DNA of 64,000 nucleotides from Octopus sinensis. Lineage: Eukaryota. The stretch lies in assembly GCF_006345805.1 (NCBI RefSeq), contig NC_043013.1:33480001-33544000 (forward strand). The letters are read 5' to 3'. Below, piece by piece: positions 28,140-41,942 of the stretch (position 1 is the stretch's first letter; each line of letters starts with the position of its first letter). The translations under genes were made by a program, and so were the position numbers. The notes beneath the pieces are model-generated. The model had not been told where the DNA came from and did no database searches. It worked only from the letters and a program-made list of their open reading frames with translations.

Positions 28140-28416
28140 TAAATAAAAAATAATAATGTAAAAAAAGAAGCGGAGAGGTGATACACACCCTGCACGCAGA
28201 TAAATTCTTTCGAAAATTATAGTGTGGCTTACCTGTCCTTTTTAATTGAATTAAATTCATTTTTTAAGTATCACCATTATAGGTATTTATAAACCGGAGA
28301 ATTTGAGATCTCAACTGTTAAGTTAATGAAACTCTCGAAATCATCAATGTCCACACAGAAAACACACACACACACACACACGCAGACACAAATACACACA
28401 CAGTGGCATATCTATG

Positions 28417-28477
<61 letters not shown>

Positions 28478-28479
28478 AA

Positions 28480-28650
28480 GATAATCAAACCAGGTGTCAA
28501 TCATTTCGAGCCACTCACCCAATGTGTATTTCTGACAATTTTGATGAAATCCGTTCAGTCGCTTTCCGGTAATTTTACGAACACTCAGAAAAACATACGA
28601 AGACGTATGATTACAATACCCTGCTTTCGCTAATGCGCGAGGTGTATGTA
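28480..28650 (+). mobile_element. Possible 3' end of a non-autonomous Helentron/DINE-like element
   Basis: aattttgatgaaatccgttcagtcgcttt...gattacaataccc + imperfect hairpin ctttcgc-taat-gcgcgag + gtgtat; resembles HINE/DINE-1 termini (from memory). Confidence 0.35.
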
Positions 28651-28778
28651 ATAACAACAACAACAACAACAACAACGACGACGACGACAACAACAATAAC
28701 AAAAATAATAATAATAATCACAACAACAACAACAATAATAATACTACTACTACTACTACTACTAATAATAATAATAAT

Positions 28779-28991
28779 GATAATCCTTTCTAATACAGAC
28801 ACATGGTTTGAAATTTGGGGGAGGTGACTAGTTTATTACTCAACCCAATTATCCAACCCCAATTTATTCAAGTTGAAAGGATGAAAGGCCAAGTCGACCT
28901 CAGCAGAATTTGATCTCAGAACGAAAAGACGGGTGGAATAACTCGTGTGCATCTCACTTGGTGTACTAACGATTCCGCCATATCATCGTCT
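28779..28991 (-). mobile_element. SINE family B monomer in a TAA tract
   Basis: gaaaggatgaaaggccaagtcgacctcagcagaatttgatctcagaacg. Confidence 0.85.
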
Positions 28992-29038
28992 GAATAATAA
29001 TGATGATGATGATGATAATGATAATAATAATAATAATG

Positions 29039-29102
<64 letters not shown>

Positions 29103-29264
29103 TAATAATAATAACAATAATAATAATAATAATGATAATAATAACAACAACAACAGTAATATCTACAATAGCTACTACAGCAACAGCAACAGCAACAACA
29201 ACAACAACAACAGCAAGATAACAACAACAACAATAAAAACTAAAAGAACAGCAACAAAATAGTG

Positions 29265-29458
29265 GTCCCAAATTTTAGTACAAGTCCTGCATGTGGGAGT
29301 GGAGAGCCTAAGTAGATTACATTGACACTTGTGCTACAATGTTAACTATTTTATCGATCTGGAAAGGATGAAAGGTAAATTCGACCTGGGCGTAATTTGA
29401 ACTCAGAACGTTAAGCATTTCGTCCTGCGTTCTAACGATTCTGCCAGCTCGACGCCTT
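29265..29458 (-). mobile_element. SINE family B monomer in a TAA tract
   Basis: gaaaggatgaaaggtaaattcgacctgggcgtaatttgaactcagaacg...ctaacgattctgccagctcgacgcc. Confidence 0.85.
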
Positions 29459-29488
29459 AATAATAATAATAACAACAACAACAACAAC

Positions 29489-29550
<62 letters not shown>

Positions 29551-29687
29551 TAATAATAACAATAATAATAATAATGATGATGATGATCACGATCATGATA
29601 ACAATAATAATAATAATAATAACGATAATAATAATAATGATGATGATCATGATCATGATAACAATAATAATAATAATAATAATAACG

Positions 29688-29745
<58 letters not shown>

Positions 29746-29804
29746 TAATAATAATAATGACAATAATAATAACAATAATAATAATAATCATAATAATAAT
29801 AATG

Positions 29805-29906
<102 letters not shown>

Positions 29907-30875
29907 TTTCGTTTATTAACTACTAACAAAGTAACAGCAACGTAAATAAGAATATCATTGATAATAACGATTATCAGTATCATTATTTTCCTTGCTCTTC
30001 TTCTTGTTTTTGTTACTGTAGCTTGTTAATGTTGTTCTTTATTTCTTTGGTACTGTTACTCTTTAGTGTTGTGGCAGGGTAGTTATCATTAACGTTATTG
30101 ATAATGTGGTTATTATATTGTTTCTCAAATTTGATAATTATCATCTGTGCATGCTTATATGTATGTATATGAATACACACACACACATACACATATTTAT
30201 ACTCACACTCATATATATATATATATATATAACAGTGTGTATCTGTACGTGTGTAGTCCAAGTGCGTACTTGCGTTTATACATACAGATATTCGTACATA
30301 CATTTACGCAAGCAAATCTACGGGCGCTCGTATAATGGATATACAGAAGTGGAAGGAGACGTCTCCAGTCACGTTTTGCCTAATTTGTGTCTTTTAATTA
30401 AGCTGATTTCCAAATGACAGATAATTATATGTTACCATTATAATAATAATCAGCAAGAATCATAAGAATGATTTCTTGATTTGCCCACATAAACTCACGT
30501 GAACAGGCACCAGTTGAAACGCTTACATGATTGCATACATTCCAACCTCAGACATATTCGTATATAGCCATATGAAATGGTACCTTGTAAAAACACACAC
30601 ACACACACAATAAATATAAATGAAGTGGAACATATTTGATAATAAGCTCTTATCCATACTTGCTAAATACGTTATTGTTGATTGTTTTGTTGTTTGGTGG
30701 TGGAGGTGGTGGTGGTGGTGGTGGTGGTTGTGTTACTGGCGTTGTGGTGATGTTTGTTTGTTGTTTTCATACCAATACGACCTACGCTAAATTTCATGTA
30801 CTCAGTTATTTATTTACTTATTCTGTCGGTGATCGACTATTACCATGAAGATCATAATCCTCTGTTCATCATCCC

Positions 30876-30916
<41 letters not shown>

Positions 30917-31938
30917 CCATCATCATCATCATTATAATGATCACTATCATCATCATCATCACCATCGTCATTGCCATCATCATCACTGTCGTCATCATCA
31001 TCATCATCATAATTATCTCTGTCATCATCATCATCATCATCATCATCATCGTAATGATCACTATCATCATCATCATCATCATTATAATGATCACTGTCAT
31101 CATCATCATCATCATCACCATCCAGTTCCACCTCGTCCTCCTCGTCCTCTTCCACCCCTTCCCCCTCCTCCTCATCATCATTAGCGTCATCAATACAATC
31201 TTCCCAATCTTCCTTCTCCATACACGCCCTCTTCATTCCCTTTTTCTCCTCCACTTCATCATCACATTTTTCATCATCATCTCATCATCATCATCATCAC
31301 CATTATCAGCAACATTATCACCTTCATCTTAAGTATCGTTATTATACGATACATCCTCATTAACACAGCTATTACTAGAACCATGGTTATTATTAAGACT
31401 AATACTATGACTATCATTATTACAAAAGAACATTATATTAGATTGGTGGAAGCGGTAGAGCAGACGGAAGAAACACATCGATGTATTTACTTCCGTGCTA
31501 CGACTTCTGAGATCTAATCCTGCTTGGGTCATTTTCGCATTTCTTCTCATCAGGGTGGCCGGCTCAAAGCTCCTGGTGTTGTGCTTAGATACCAAATATG
31601 TGTAAAAGACATTTTAGTTTCCATAAATAAAAGCAACATCATAATTATCCCTGAAAAAAAAACAACAATGACATAATAATAATGATAATTAATTATTTTA
31701 TTAGACACAAGGGTTCACATAACATAACATACAAAGACATGCAACAACATAAAAAAGCAAAAAAACAGGACGATACAATGGGCTTTCGCATGCAATAATA
31801 ATAAAGCTGAAGAAATTAAAACTCCCAATTAAAACACACAAAAGCCACGGGTCCCTGAAAAACAGGGCAATATCTCGTCTTTTTTTACAGTGGCAAACGG
31901 TTTCCCCTAAAAGAATAATAATAATAATAATAATAATG

Positions 31939-31996
<58 letters not shown>

Positions 31997-32055
31997 TAGT
32001 AATAATGATAATGATAATAATAATGATAATAATAAAGATAATAATAATGATAATA

Positions 32056-32092
<37 letters not shown>

Positions 32093-32175
32093 TGATGATG
32101 ATGATGATGATGATGATGATAATGATAATAATAATAGTAATAATAATGATAATAATAATAATAATAATAATAATA

Positions 32176-32206
<31 letters not shown>

Positions 32207-32219
32207 TATAATAATAATG

Positions 32220-32261
<42 letters not shown>

Positions 32262-32310
32262 TAAAATAATAATATAATAATAATAATAAGAAGAAGAAGA
32301 GAAGAAGAAG

Positions 32311-32343
<33 letters not shown>

Positions 32344-32354
32344 TTTTGGAACGA

Positions 32355-32555
32355 GGGTTCCAATTTTAGTGAGAATGATTTAGTCGATCCCGTCTTCGAT
32401 TGTGCATAAATGGTGCATCATTTTATCGACGCAGATTGGGAAATGGATCCAAGTCGCCCAAGGCAGGATGCGAACTCAGAATGGAAAGAACTGAAAAAGT
32501 GCCAATCGTCATTTTGTCTCACGTGTTAATGACACTGTCATCTCTCACCTCCTCA
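32355..32555 (-). mobile_element. Highly decayed SINE family B monomer
   Basis: ttttatcgac...aagtcgcccaaggcaggatgcgaactcagaatg. Confidence 0.55.
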
Positions 32556-32761
32556 GTAGTAGTAGTAGTAATAGTAGTAGTAGTAGTAGTAGTAGTATAG
32601 TAGTAGTAGTAGCAGTAGCAGCAACAGTAGCAGTAGCAGCAATAGTGGTAGTGGTATTAGTACTAGTAGTTGTAGTAGTAGTAGTAGTGGTGGTAATAGT
32701 ATTAGTAGTAGTTGCACTAGCAGCAGCAGAAGCAGCAGCAGTAGTAGTAGTAGTAGTTGTT

Positions 32762-32807
<46 letters not shown>

Positions 32808-32902
32808 TAGTAGTAGTACTAGTAGTAACGATCTAGGATGCAGGGGATGATGATAGGGAGAGTGATTATGACTGATAAAATTAGTGATGATGGTAATGAT
32901 GG

Positions 32903-32965
<63 letters not shown>

Positions 32966-33011
32966 CGAGGAGGAGGATGGTAGTATGGTGATGGTGATGA
33001 TGATGTTGATA

Positions 33012-33053
<42 letters not shown>

Positions 33054-33449
33054 GTGTTGGTGGTGGTGGTGTGGTGGTGGTGGTGGTATTTGTGTTGTTA
33101 GTGGCGGCGGTGGGTGGCTGCTGGTTTTGGCGACAAAGCTGAGGACGATGAAAGGAAGGAATGTAAATTAATGAATTTGGCCGGCAAATATAATGACTGT
33201 AATAACAGGCGTGACTTAGAGAGCAGCGTCGTAATTACTGGTGAGACAGAAGTGTTGAACGGAGGAATAGCAACTAATTAGCAACGCAGCCGCCTTGATA
33301 GTGATAGCAACAAATAGCAACGATGAAAGTATAGGGCACACAGCACAGCAGGAACCAACAACGATCCTGACAACGACGACGATAACAACAAAGACGACGG
33401 GAATGAGGACGACGGCGACGACGACGACGACGACAACGATAACGATCAC

Positions 33450-33484
<35 letters not shown>

Positions 33485-33584
33485 CGATGATGATGACGAT
33501 GATGATGATGACGATGATGGGGATGATGATGATGATGATGATGACGACGACGACGACGACGACGATGATGATGATGATGATGAT

Positions 33585-33727
33585 GGGTGGTTTCTTTCAA
33601 CATCCTTAAACAAACCTTATTCAGGGACCTTTTGAGCAGGATGGGCTACTCGACCTGAAGACAATTCTAACAAGACCCAACCCGCAAGGTCATGCGATGT
33701 TTCTCTTGATATACGATCATCATGTGC
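33585..33727 (+). mobile_element. Family D internal fragment
   Basis: Matches ~34416-34550 (caaaccttattcagg.accttttgag...ctactcgacctgaaga...gcaaggtcatgcg). Confidence 0.85.
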
Positions 33728-33730
33728 AGT

Positions 33731-34120
33731 AAAGATAATGGATGTTGCAATATCAGGCGATTCGGGTGTGAAATGTGAGGAAACACAAAAGACGGAGAAA
33801 TACCAGCCTTTGCGGGACGAGGTAGGAAAGTTATGGTGTATGAAGAAAGTAATGCTAATACCTGTGGAAACTAGAGATTAGGAGCAGTTTCCAAGGGCTT
33901 TGAAAAACATATTAAGAATACTGAAGTTGCTGTTAGGCTTCAGGTGGTCCAGAAGACAGCATTGTTGGGTATAGCTCACATTCTGAGGAGAGTATTTGAG
34001 TCACAGGAGAAGTCATTACTTGAAACCTTTTGGTGATTTATTATTGCCTGCTTTCAAGTAAAAATTATCTATCTAAGTACTATCCGAGAGTCTTTCATGA
34101 TAATAATGATAATAATAATA
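33731..34120 (+). mobile_element. R4/Dong-clade element 3' end with (TAA)n tail
   Basis: KIMDVAISGDSGVKCEETQKTEKYQPLRDEVGKLWCMKKVMLIPV.../LGAVSKGFEKHIK...VQKTALLGIAHILRRVFES, then a short UTR and a taataa tail. Confidence 0.85.
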
Positions 34121-34717
34121 GTACCAGGCAGTGGCTATGCCTTGGTGTAGTGACTTTCATGGCTTCTGATCTTAACTGATTGGAAGTATTATCACGTACA
34201 TTGATTTGTCTTGGTATATAAGATGGGCTACAGCAAATATTTTGCTCAATACCACAGATTTGCTTGTCAGTTGTTTGACCTTAACCTGTTGAGCATGTCC
34301 CTTAGTGGCTGACAATATGTGCATCTCAGATCACGAGCAGAAGTAGTGGGAGAGCATCATAGCCATGTTTTAAGAGGAATTCGTTGGGATTTAGATAATT
34401 CATATTTGGAAACTTGGGTATTTTGTTCATTATCTTTAAGCAAACCTTATTCAGGAACCTTTTGAGGCTACTCGACCTGAAGAAAATTTTTACAGGGCCC
34501 CACCTGCAAGGTCATGCGCTGTTTATTTCGATATGGGATCACTATGTTGCGCACATATGGTTGTGATGCATGTGCCTCATGTACTCTTATCAGACGGGAA
34601 GTCTTGATTGGCATACTTGGTTACTTTTTTCCCCCAATGTCACTTTGATGGCATGCACTACTCTTTCAATAATAATAATAAATGACATGATGCAGTACCA
34701 TGCAGTGGCTCTCATGC
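34121..34717 (+). mobile_element. Family D near-full copy (~560 bp) ending in (TAA)n, then the start of another copy
   Basis: gtaccaggcagtggct...ctctttcaataataataata, then gatgcagtaccatgcagtggctctcatg repeats the start. Confidence 0.8.
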
Positions 34718-35077
34718 CTTGTCATTGTTTTTGTTGTTGTTATGATTATTATCAATAATAGTAATACGCTAACTTTTTATTTTTGTACGTACCTGTGTTG
34801 TGTGTCACACTTCAAAATGGCAAAGCGAGAGAGAGGAAGTAAGAAAGAGAGAGATTGAAAGAGACAGTGAGTGGTGACGGCGTTCGTTTTGTCTTTTTCA
34901 ATGTATCACAGAGGACCTAAGAGAGAGAGAAAGAGAGTGAGAGAGAGAGAGAGAGAAAAGTGAGTGAGAAAGAGAGAGAGGGAAAGAGACAGTGAGTGGT
35001 GACGGCGGTCATCGTAAGGGAAGCAATACATAGATAGATATACACGTTGAGAGAGAAGAGAGATACAAAGGAAGTGA

Positions 35078-35118
<41 letters not shown>

Positions 35119-35261
35119 AGAGAAAAATGAAAACTTCGTTGTGGACTATCTGACACTTACTGCCTGTCTACCTGCCTCGTATGTATATGATTGTTCGCTG
35201 GATCTCTCTCGGTCTACCAGCAAACCACAAAATCGTACCACCCAGCGTCACCACTACCTCC

Positions 35262-35560
35262 AAGCCCATCATATGTGTATGTATGTATGAATGTATGTAT
35301 GTATGTATGAATGTATGTATGTATGTATGTATGTATGTATGTGTGTGTTTGTGTCTGTGTCTGTTCCACCAACACTATTGCTTCACACCGATATTGGTGT
35401 GTTTGCGTCTCTGTAATTTAGCTGTTCATCAGAAGAGACTGATAAAATAAGCACTAGGCTCACGGGGAATAAGTCCAGGGGTCAATTACTTCGACTAAAG
35501 GCTGGTGCTCTAGTATGGCCACTGTCAAATGACTGAAACAAGTAAAAGGATAAAAGAATA
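35262..35560 (+). mobile_element. SINE family A, 3' half
   Basis: aagcccatc + (TATG)n + ...tgactgaaacaagtaaaaggataaaagaata. Confidence 0.85.
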
Positions 35561-35731
35561 CCAGAAAAACTTTCCGTACCACTAAACGAAGAGGGTTCTT
35601 TGAATATGTACAATGTATTTTAAGGTTTAATAGTAATTTCGTTTACGTTTGTGTAACTGAGATATTTTAGTTGAATTATATAGTCATTGGAGTTATATTA
35701 CTTTCTATATTCTGTAACTGTCACAATATAC

Positions 35732-35878
35732 TTTTCTTGGCCTGAGAGTTTTGTGAGGAGGGGGCCAGTTGATTAGATCGGTCCCAGTACACAACTGGTG
35801 CTTAATTTATCGAGCCCCAAAGGATGAAAGGCAAAATCGACCTCGGCAGAATTTGAACGCAGAACGTAAAGACAGACG
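35732..35878 (-). mobile_element. 5'-truncated SINE family B with probable 12-bp TSD
   Basis: Family-B right monomer; gtcacaatatac (35720-35731) / gtcataatatac (35879-35890). Confidence 0.8.
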
Positions 35879-35977
35879 GTCATAATATACAAACATTTCT
35901 CATGGCAATATTACACTGTTTATAGATGCTTACATTTTTAATGTTTTCCGTGAATTTTTCACAGGTCCAGCTTGACA

Positions 35978-36450
35978 TTATTATTAATATTCCTTCGTAA
36001 CACAGTGTAGGTAAAAATGCACCGGAGTCTTTAGTCATCTGTCAAGTCACAACAAGGATTTTAGACAGATAGTACTTTCCTCAAAATTTGCGTTGTGCCC
36101 AATAAACCTGCTTTTTGCAAGACATCGATCATGCATGGGATTTCCAGTTGTCTTGAGAAGTTTTGAGGTTTCAATAGTACTAAGCCCAACGCTACGATAA
36201 CCACTGGTATCGCTTTTACTTTACCCTCTCACATTCCATACAGTCTTGCCATTTCCACTTTCAGTTCGGTGTACTTGGTGGTTTCTTTTCAACCTCTTTA
36301 CTCGCAACATTCATGTCATTTGGTATGGCTACATCAATGATCTGACAGTATTTGTCTCTCTTATTTAACATCCGACCGAAGGTGTTCGATTACATTATCT
36401 GTCTGAAAATCATAGACCCTGAGTATCGTTACTTTTCTATTCTCCTGCAT
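35978..36450 (-). mobile_element. R4/Dong-clade element, RLE domain plus 3' UTR
   Basis: Minus strand: ENRKVTIL..YDFQTDNVIEH...KYCQIIDVAIPNDMNVASKEVEK...KYTELKVEMARLY...IPVVIVALG...LQKAGLLGTTQILRKVLSV*; ends at taataataat. Confidence 0.85.
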
Positions 36451-36941
36451 AGCGAATAACAAACATGACGGACGTGTACGAGCGAGCTTCTGGCGAAGCT
36501 GGATTAAATCTGTGATCATCAGGATTTAACAAACAGCAAAATATGAAAGAAAAGGAGAGTGAAAAGTGGCGGAAGGCAAGAAATGACGACCAGTTAAGTA
36601 CGCGTTGCCTCAAAAAAGACAGAGGTAAGAATAAATGGTCCGTAGTCCTCTTTTTCCTCTTCTACTATTTTCTTCTAACTCAACAAAAATTATATACTTT
36701 TAAAATTTCTGGATGCTGCTGTTTAATGAAGTTTTCCTATATTGTCGTTGAAAGCTCAAAATAGGGATTAATTAAAAGACTAAAACTGAGGAGGTATTCG
36801 ACCTCTTGTGGTAATGTATTGCGTATTTGTATCTCATTATGTGTTTACGTAGTTTTCAATCGTAGGTGATGTCCTGTACTTGATGCATTTTATTCATAAT
36901 CGAACACAATTCAGCCCTCTCCACAGCAACCTTTTTACTTT

Positions 36942-36974
<33 letters not shown>

Positions 36975-36978
<4 letters not shown>

Positions 36979-37176
36979 GGAGATGTACTCGCATAGCAAG
37001 TAATTTGATCTGAGATCGTGTGCTGAAACGAAAACAATTGCAGCGTGGAAGGTGTTTATAAGCCATTTAAGAAACACACAAAAGCCGTTCGATTCACTCC
37101 AACATTGAAGTTTAATTTGTCAAAATATTTTCGTCGCTAAAATCCGCGACCTGTTCACTGACAAAGTCCGTGCTGC
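36975..37176 (-). mobile_element. ~200-bp microsatellite-embedded element (solo Penelope pLTR or retrozyme-like)
   Basis: Complex sequence bounded by (TA)n and (TATG)n and containing a hammerhead motif. Confidence 0.6.
37116..37165 (-). ncRNA. Minimal type-I hammerhead ribozyme, G3-C8 core variant
   Basis: Minus strand UUUGUCA-GUGAACA-G-GUCGC-ggauuuua-GCGAC-GAAA-auau-U-U-UGACAAA: 7-bp stem I, 5-bp stem II, GAAA, palindromic tetraloop stem III. Confidence 0.7.
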
Positions 37177-37209
<33 letters not shown>

Positions 37210-38816
37210 TGTATGTATGTATGTATGTATGTATATACATATATATATGTATACACACATACATACATACATACATACATACATACATACATGCATACAT
37301 ACATACACACATACATAAATAGATATGAACGTATGTGCATTTAACTGGGTTCTTGACATCCTGCTTCACAATATTGCTAAGAATTAAATGAAAATAAACT
37401 TTGTACCTCACGCAACATAGAAGACACATTTGGAATACATATCGCATAAATCCATGACAGGCATTTATATAAAGAATTACAAAGCGATTCTAATGATGTT
37501 TTGGAAGATATAACTTTGTGAACACCCCCACCCAAACTTTTCAACATTTATTGGGTAAAGTGATTTTATAAATCTTATCCCAAACCCAGACACCGTATAT
37601 TCTATAGAACTGTGATAAAGGATTATAAGAACATCACAGAAAAAACCTCTGGACTTCACATTTCGCTTTCCGTTTGAAAGCACAGGAACAACGCAATAGA
37701 TAAACACGGAAATTCGTGACCATTTAATGGAGATCGGCTGTTTCATATTTACGGTATTGATAGGCGTGTCAGAATGAATGAAATTTCTTTTGATATATGT
37801 TCGGAAATCTAATAATTTTAAAACAAAAGGCAAATGAGTAAAAACTGTAGGTGTGGTTATCAGTGTGTGAGCAACTCTGAGCGAATCGGATGTTGTACGT
37901 GTGTGTGTGTTTAAATGCACACTTTATTGAAAAGAAATAAATGAAATTATATGATAAGCGTTTTACAAGAGAATTATGTCTTCTGTTGTTCTTCATTTCA
38001 AAGCAGTTGTTTCTTCCCATTGAAGGATGATTGATGAAAACTCTGAAATCTAAATCAATGTATGTATTATGTATGCATACATATGCATATGTAAAATGAT
38101 ACATATACATACGCATACACACACACACATATATATATGTTTATATTACACACACTTTTGATGTGATATTGCATATCTCACCTTTCATTACAATGACTGA
38201 AGTAATTGCAAGACAGACGAATGACTCACAGAAAGACCTTGTTTTTAAGAGAGGTCTTTGTGACATATGATCCGTGCAGAGGGTAACTGAGTGAACACTA
38301 TTACCCAACATGGAATATTGTTAATAAATCGTTAAATCAATATTTATTTATCACTTCCATTCGTTTTCTGTTGAGTGTAAGCTTTGAAAAAGTTTACGAA
38401 TGTGTGATTAATTTTATCGGAGATATATCGACATATATGAAAGACAAGCAGTACATCCGTCAACTGTAATATTGACTGTCTATCGATTTCCGTTCTCTTC
38501 TTTTATTTTGTCCAGCTTAAAGATTGTCCGAGGAATATAAATGGGATTCCAGTTTTCGTTTATACACACATTTGCGCACACAAACATGCATGCGCGCACA
38601 CACATATATTGAAACAAAGGCTGGAATTTGTGGCATTATCTTAAATTTCTAATTGATTAAAAATATCACTACAAATTCCAGGGTTTCTTTTAATATATCG
38701 GTAATCTGCAAATGGTAAACTTGACCATGAATTTCAACTTATGTGCACAGTTTTCTTCTTAAGGGTAAACCATCGAAATATATGTAATTGATAGTCGATA
38801 ATTGTAGAAGTGGTTT

Positions 38817-39870
<1,054 letters not shown>

Positions 39871-40054
39871 TATATTTTATATATATATATATATATACAC
39901 AGACATTTTTTGTTTTATCTAGAAGAGTCATTATGCCTATATCTGTAACTATATATATCTATCTCTTCCCACGTATACTTACATATATACACACAAACAC
40001 AAACACACACACACAAATATGGACATGTATTCACGTAAGAAGAGAGTCAGGCTA

Positions 40055-40220
40055 ACAAGGCCAGCAATTTCGTGGGTGGGGGTAAGTCGATTTCATCGAC
40101 TCCAGTCATCATCTGACACTTAATCTATCGACCCCTAAATCATGAAAGGTGAAGTTGACATACGCAGAATTTGAACTCAGCACATAAGAACGGACGAAAT
40201 ACTGCTAAGCATTTTGCAAG
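40055..40220 (-). mobile_element. SINE family B fragment
   Basis: aagtcgatttcatcgactccag...atcgacccctaaatcatgaaaggtgaagttgac...gaatttgaactcag. Confidence 0.8.
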
Positions 40221-40480
40221 TCATAATAATAATAAGACTGACCAATTGCTACTAAGATTACTGGATGAACAGACAGATGGATAGATAGATGCATTCACAT
40301 ACAAAGAACTTTCTCGAACATTAAGAACAATAAATAACGCACACAGTATTCTACAGTAAAATCAAATGATACATTATACTAAGTAAACGACTAAAATCAA
40401 TTTGCAGAACAAAGGAAAGTTCGAAATTTAATTTCCATATCAGCAACTACTTAATTTTTGTTACGCCATTAACAGATCTT

Positions 40481-40700
40481 CCTTTTGCCTTTTATTATCA
40501 TTAGACTGCAGCCATGCTGGGTCGCCATCTTGAAGAATTTTATTTGAGCGAATCGACCCCAGTACTTCTATTCTTTTAAGCCTGGTATTTGATGTATCGA
40601 TCTTTTGCTGCATCTCTAAGTTATTGGGGAGAACAGGCATCAACAAAAGTTGTCAAGCGGCGGAGAAAAGCAGATATTCACAAATATATACATACATACA
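40481..40700 (-). mobile_element. Old SINE family A 3' half
   Basis: gactgcagccatgctggg...gcgaatcgaccccagtac...ttgtcaagcgg. Confidence 0.7.
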
Positions 40701-40901
40701 TACATACATACAAGCATATATAAACACATACACACATGCATGCATGCATAGATACATACGCACATATAGTCTACTATGCGTTACAATAGGATCAACCCCA
40801 AAATTACTCCATCTGGTGAGAGATATATATCGTTTAATATATGAAGTATATAGTTATGAGCTACTAATAGTTTCATACACTATCGAAATTATCTAGATAT
40901 T

Positions 40902-41280
40902 AGAGTTCTATATTTAAGAGATGAGGAATTATATACATTATTTTTATTTGACGGATATTTGTCCTCATCTTGTTTGTTGTTAACACAAGGTATGGAAAAA
41001 TGGAGATCAACCTACCCTGTGGGATGAAGTTAAAATAATAGACAGAGAACACCACTGGAAAATACGAAAACTAAAAGAAGCAGCACATATGCTAGGACAC
41101 AACAACCTCCTTAGAAGATCGAGTGCAGATATGAGCAGCATATGGAACCGGTATTAAGGAAGCATAGAAAAATATTTAATTTGTAAGCCCTAAAATTCAC
41201 TCCATAATTGACCATATGGAGTAGTGGTTAAGAGCGCGGGCTACTAGCCCCAAGATTCCGAGTTCGATTTCAATCAGTGA

Positions 41281-41337
<57 letters not shown>

Positions 41338-41472
41338 CAACAACAACAACAACAACAGCATCCATAAATACCTTAGGAATGAGAAGGCTGGAGGGTATAT
41401 CAGCCGAAACGTTGTGTTAACAACAATCAAGATGAGAACAAATATCCGTCAAATGTAAATGATGTAAATAAT
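40902..41472 (+). mobile_element. 5'-truncated Penelope-like element with inverted partial pLTR
   Basis: GIY-YIG C-terminal remnant 40990-41157; 61-bp inverted arms 40928-40988 / 41412-41472; hammerhead remnant 41386-41418. Confidence 0.8.
40990..41157 (+). pseudogene. C-terminal fragment of a Penelope GIY-YIG endonuclease domain
   Basis: VWKNGDQPTLWDEVKIIDREHHWKIRKLKEAAHMLGHNNLLRRSSADMSSIWNRY*; fits the WD.V.I.D.E....R..KEA...L.R....IW pattern of PLE endonucleases. Confidence 0.75.
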
Positions 41473-41688
41473 GTCATCTAGACATATTTTAAAACCATAT
41501 ATATATAAAATTAGTCTCTGGATGCTGGCTTTGCTGGGTGGAGGTTCTTATCTCCCCTGTTTGAAAACACAAGGGCACAGAACTCTTCTCACATACGCAA
41601 ACTGGAAACGGTGTTCCCTGGGGCTAAATAGCAGTACCATTCTTCCTTTTCCTGGGACCGCCACATTAAGTTGGCAACAAACCATCAG

Positions 41689-41719
<31 letters not shown>

Positions 41720-41763
41720 TGTTTAATGTACTACGTTTCAATCATTTCAGCACTACTATATGC

Positions 41764-41810
<47 letters not shown>

Positions 41811-41825
41811 ATATATAATATATAT

Positions 41826-41868
<43 letters not shown>

Positions 41869-41942
41869 TATTTATTATATTTATATATAAGTCTGTATTG
41901 TATATAGGTATATATATATATATATTATATATATATATATAC

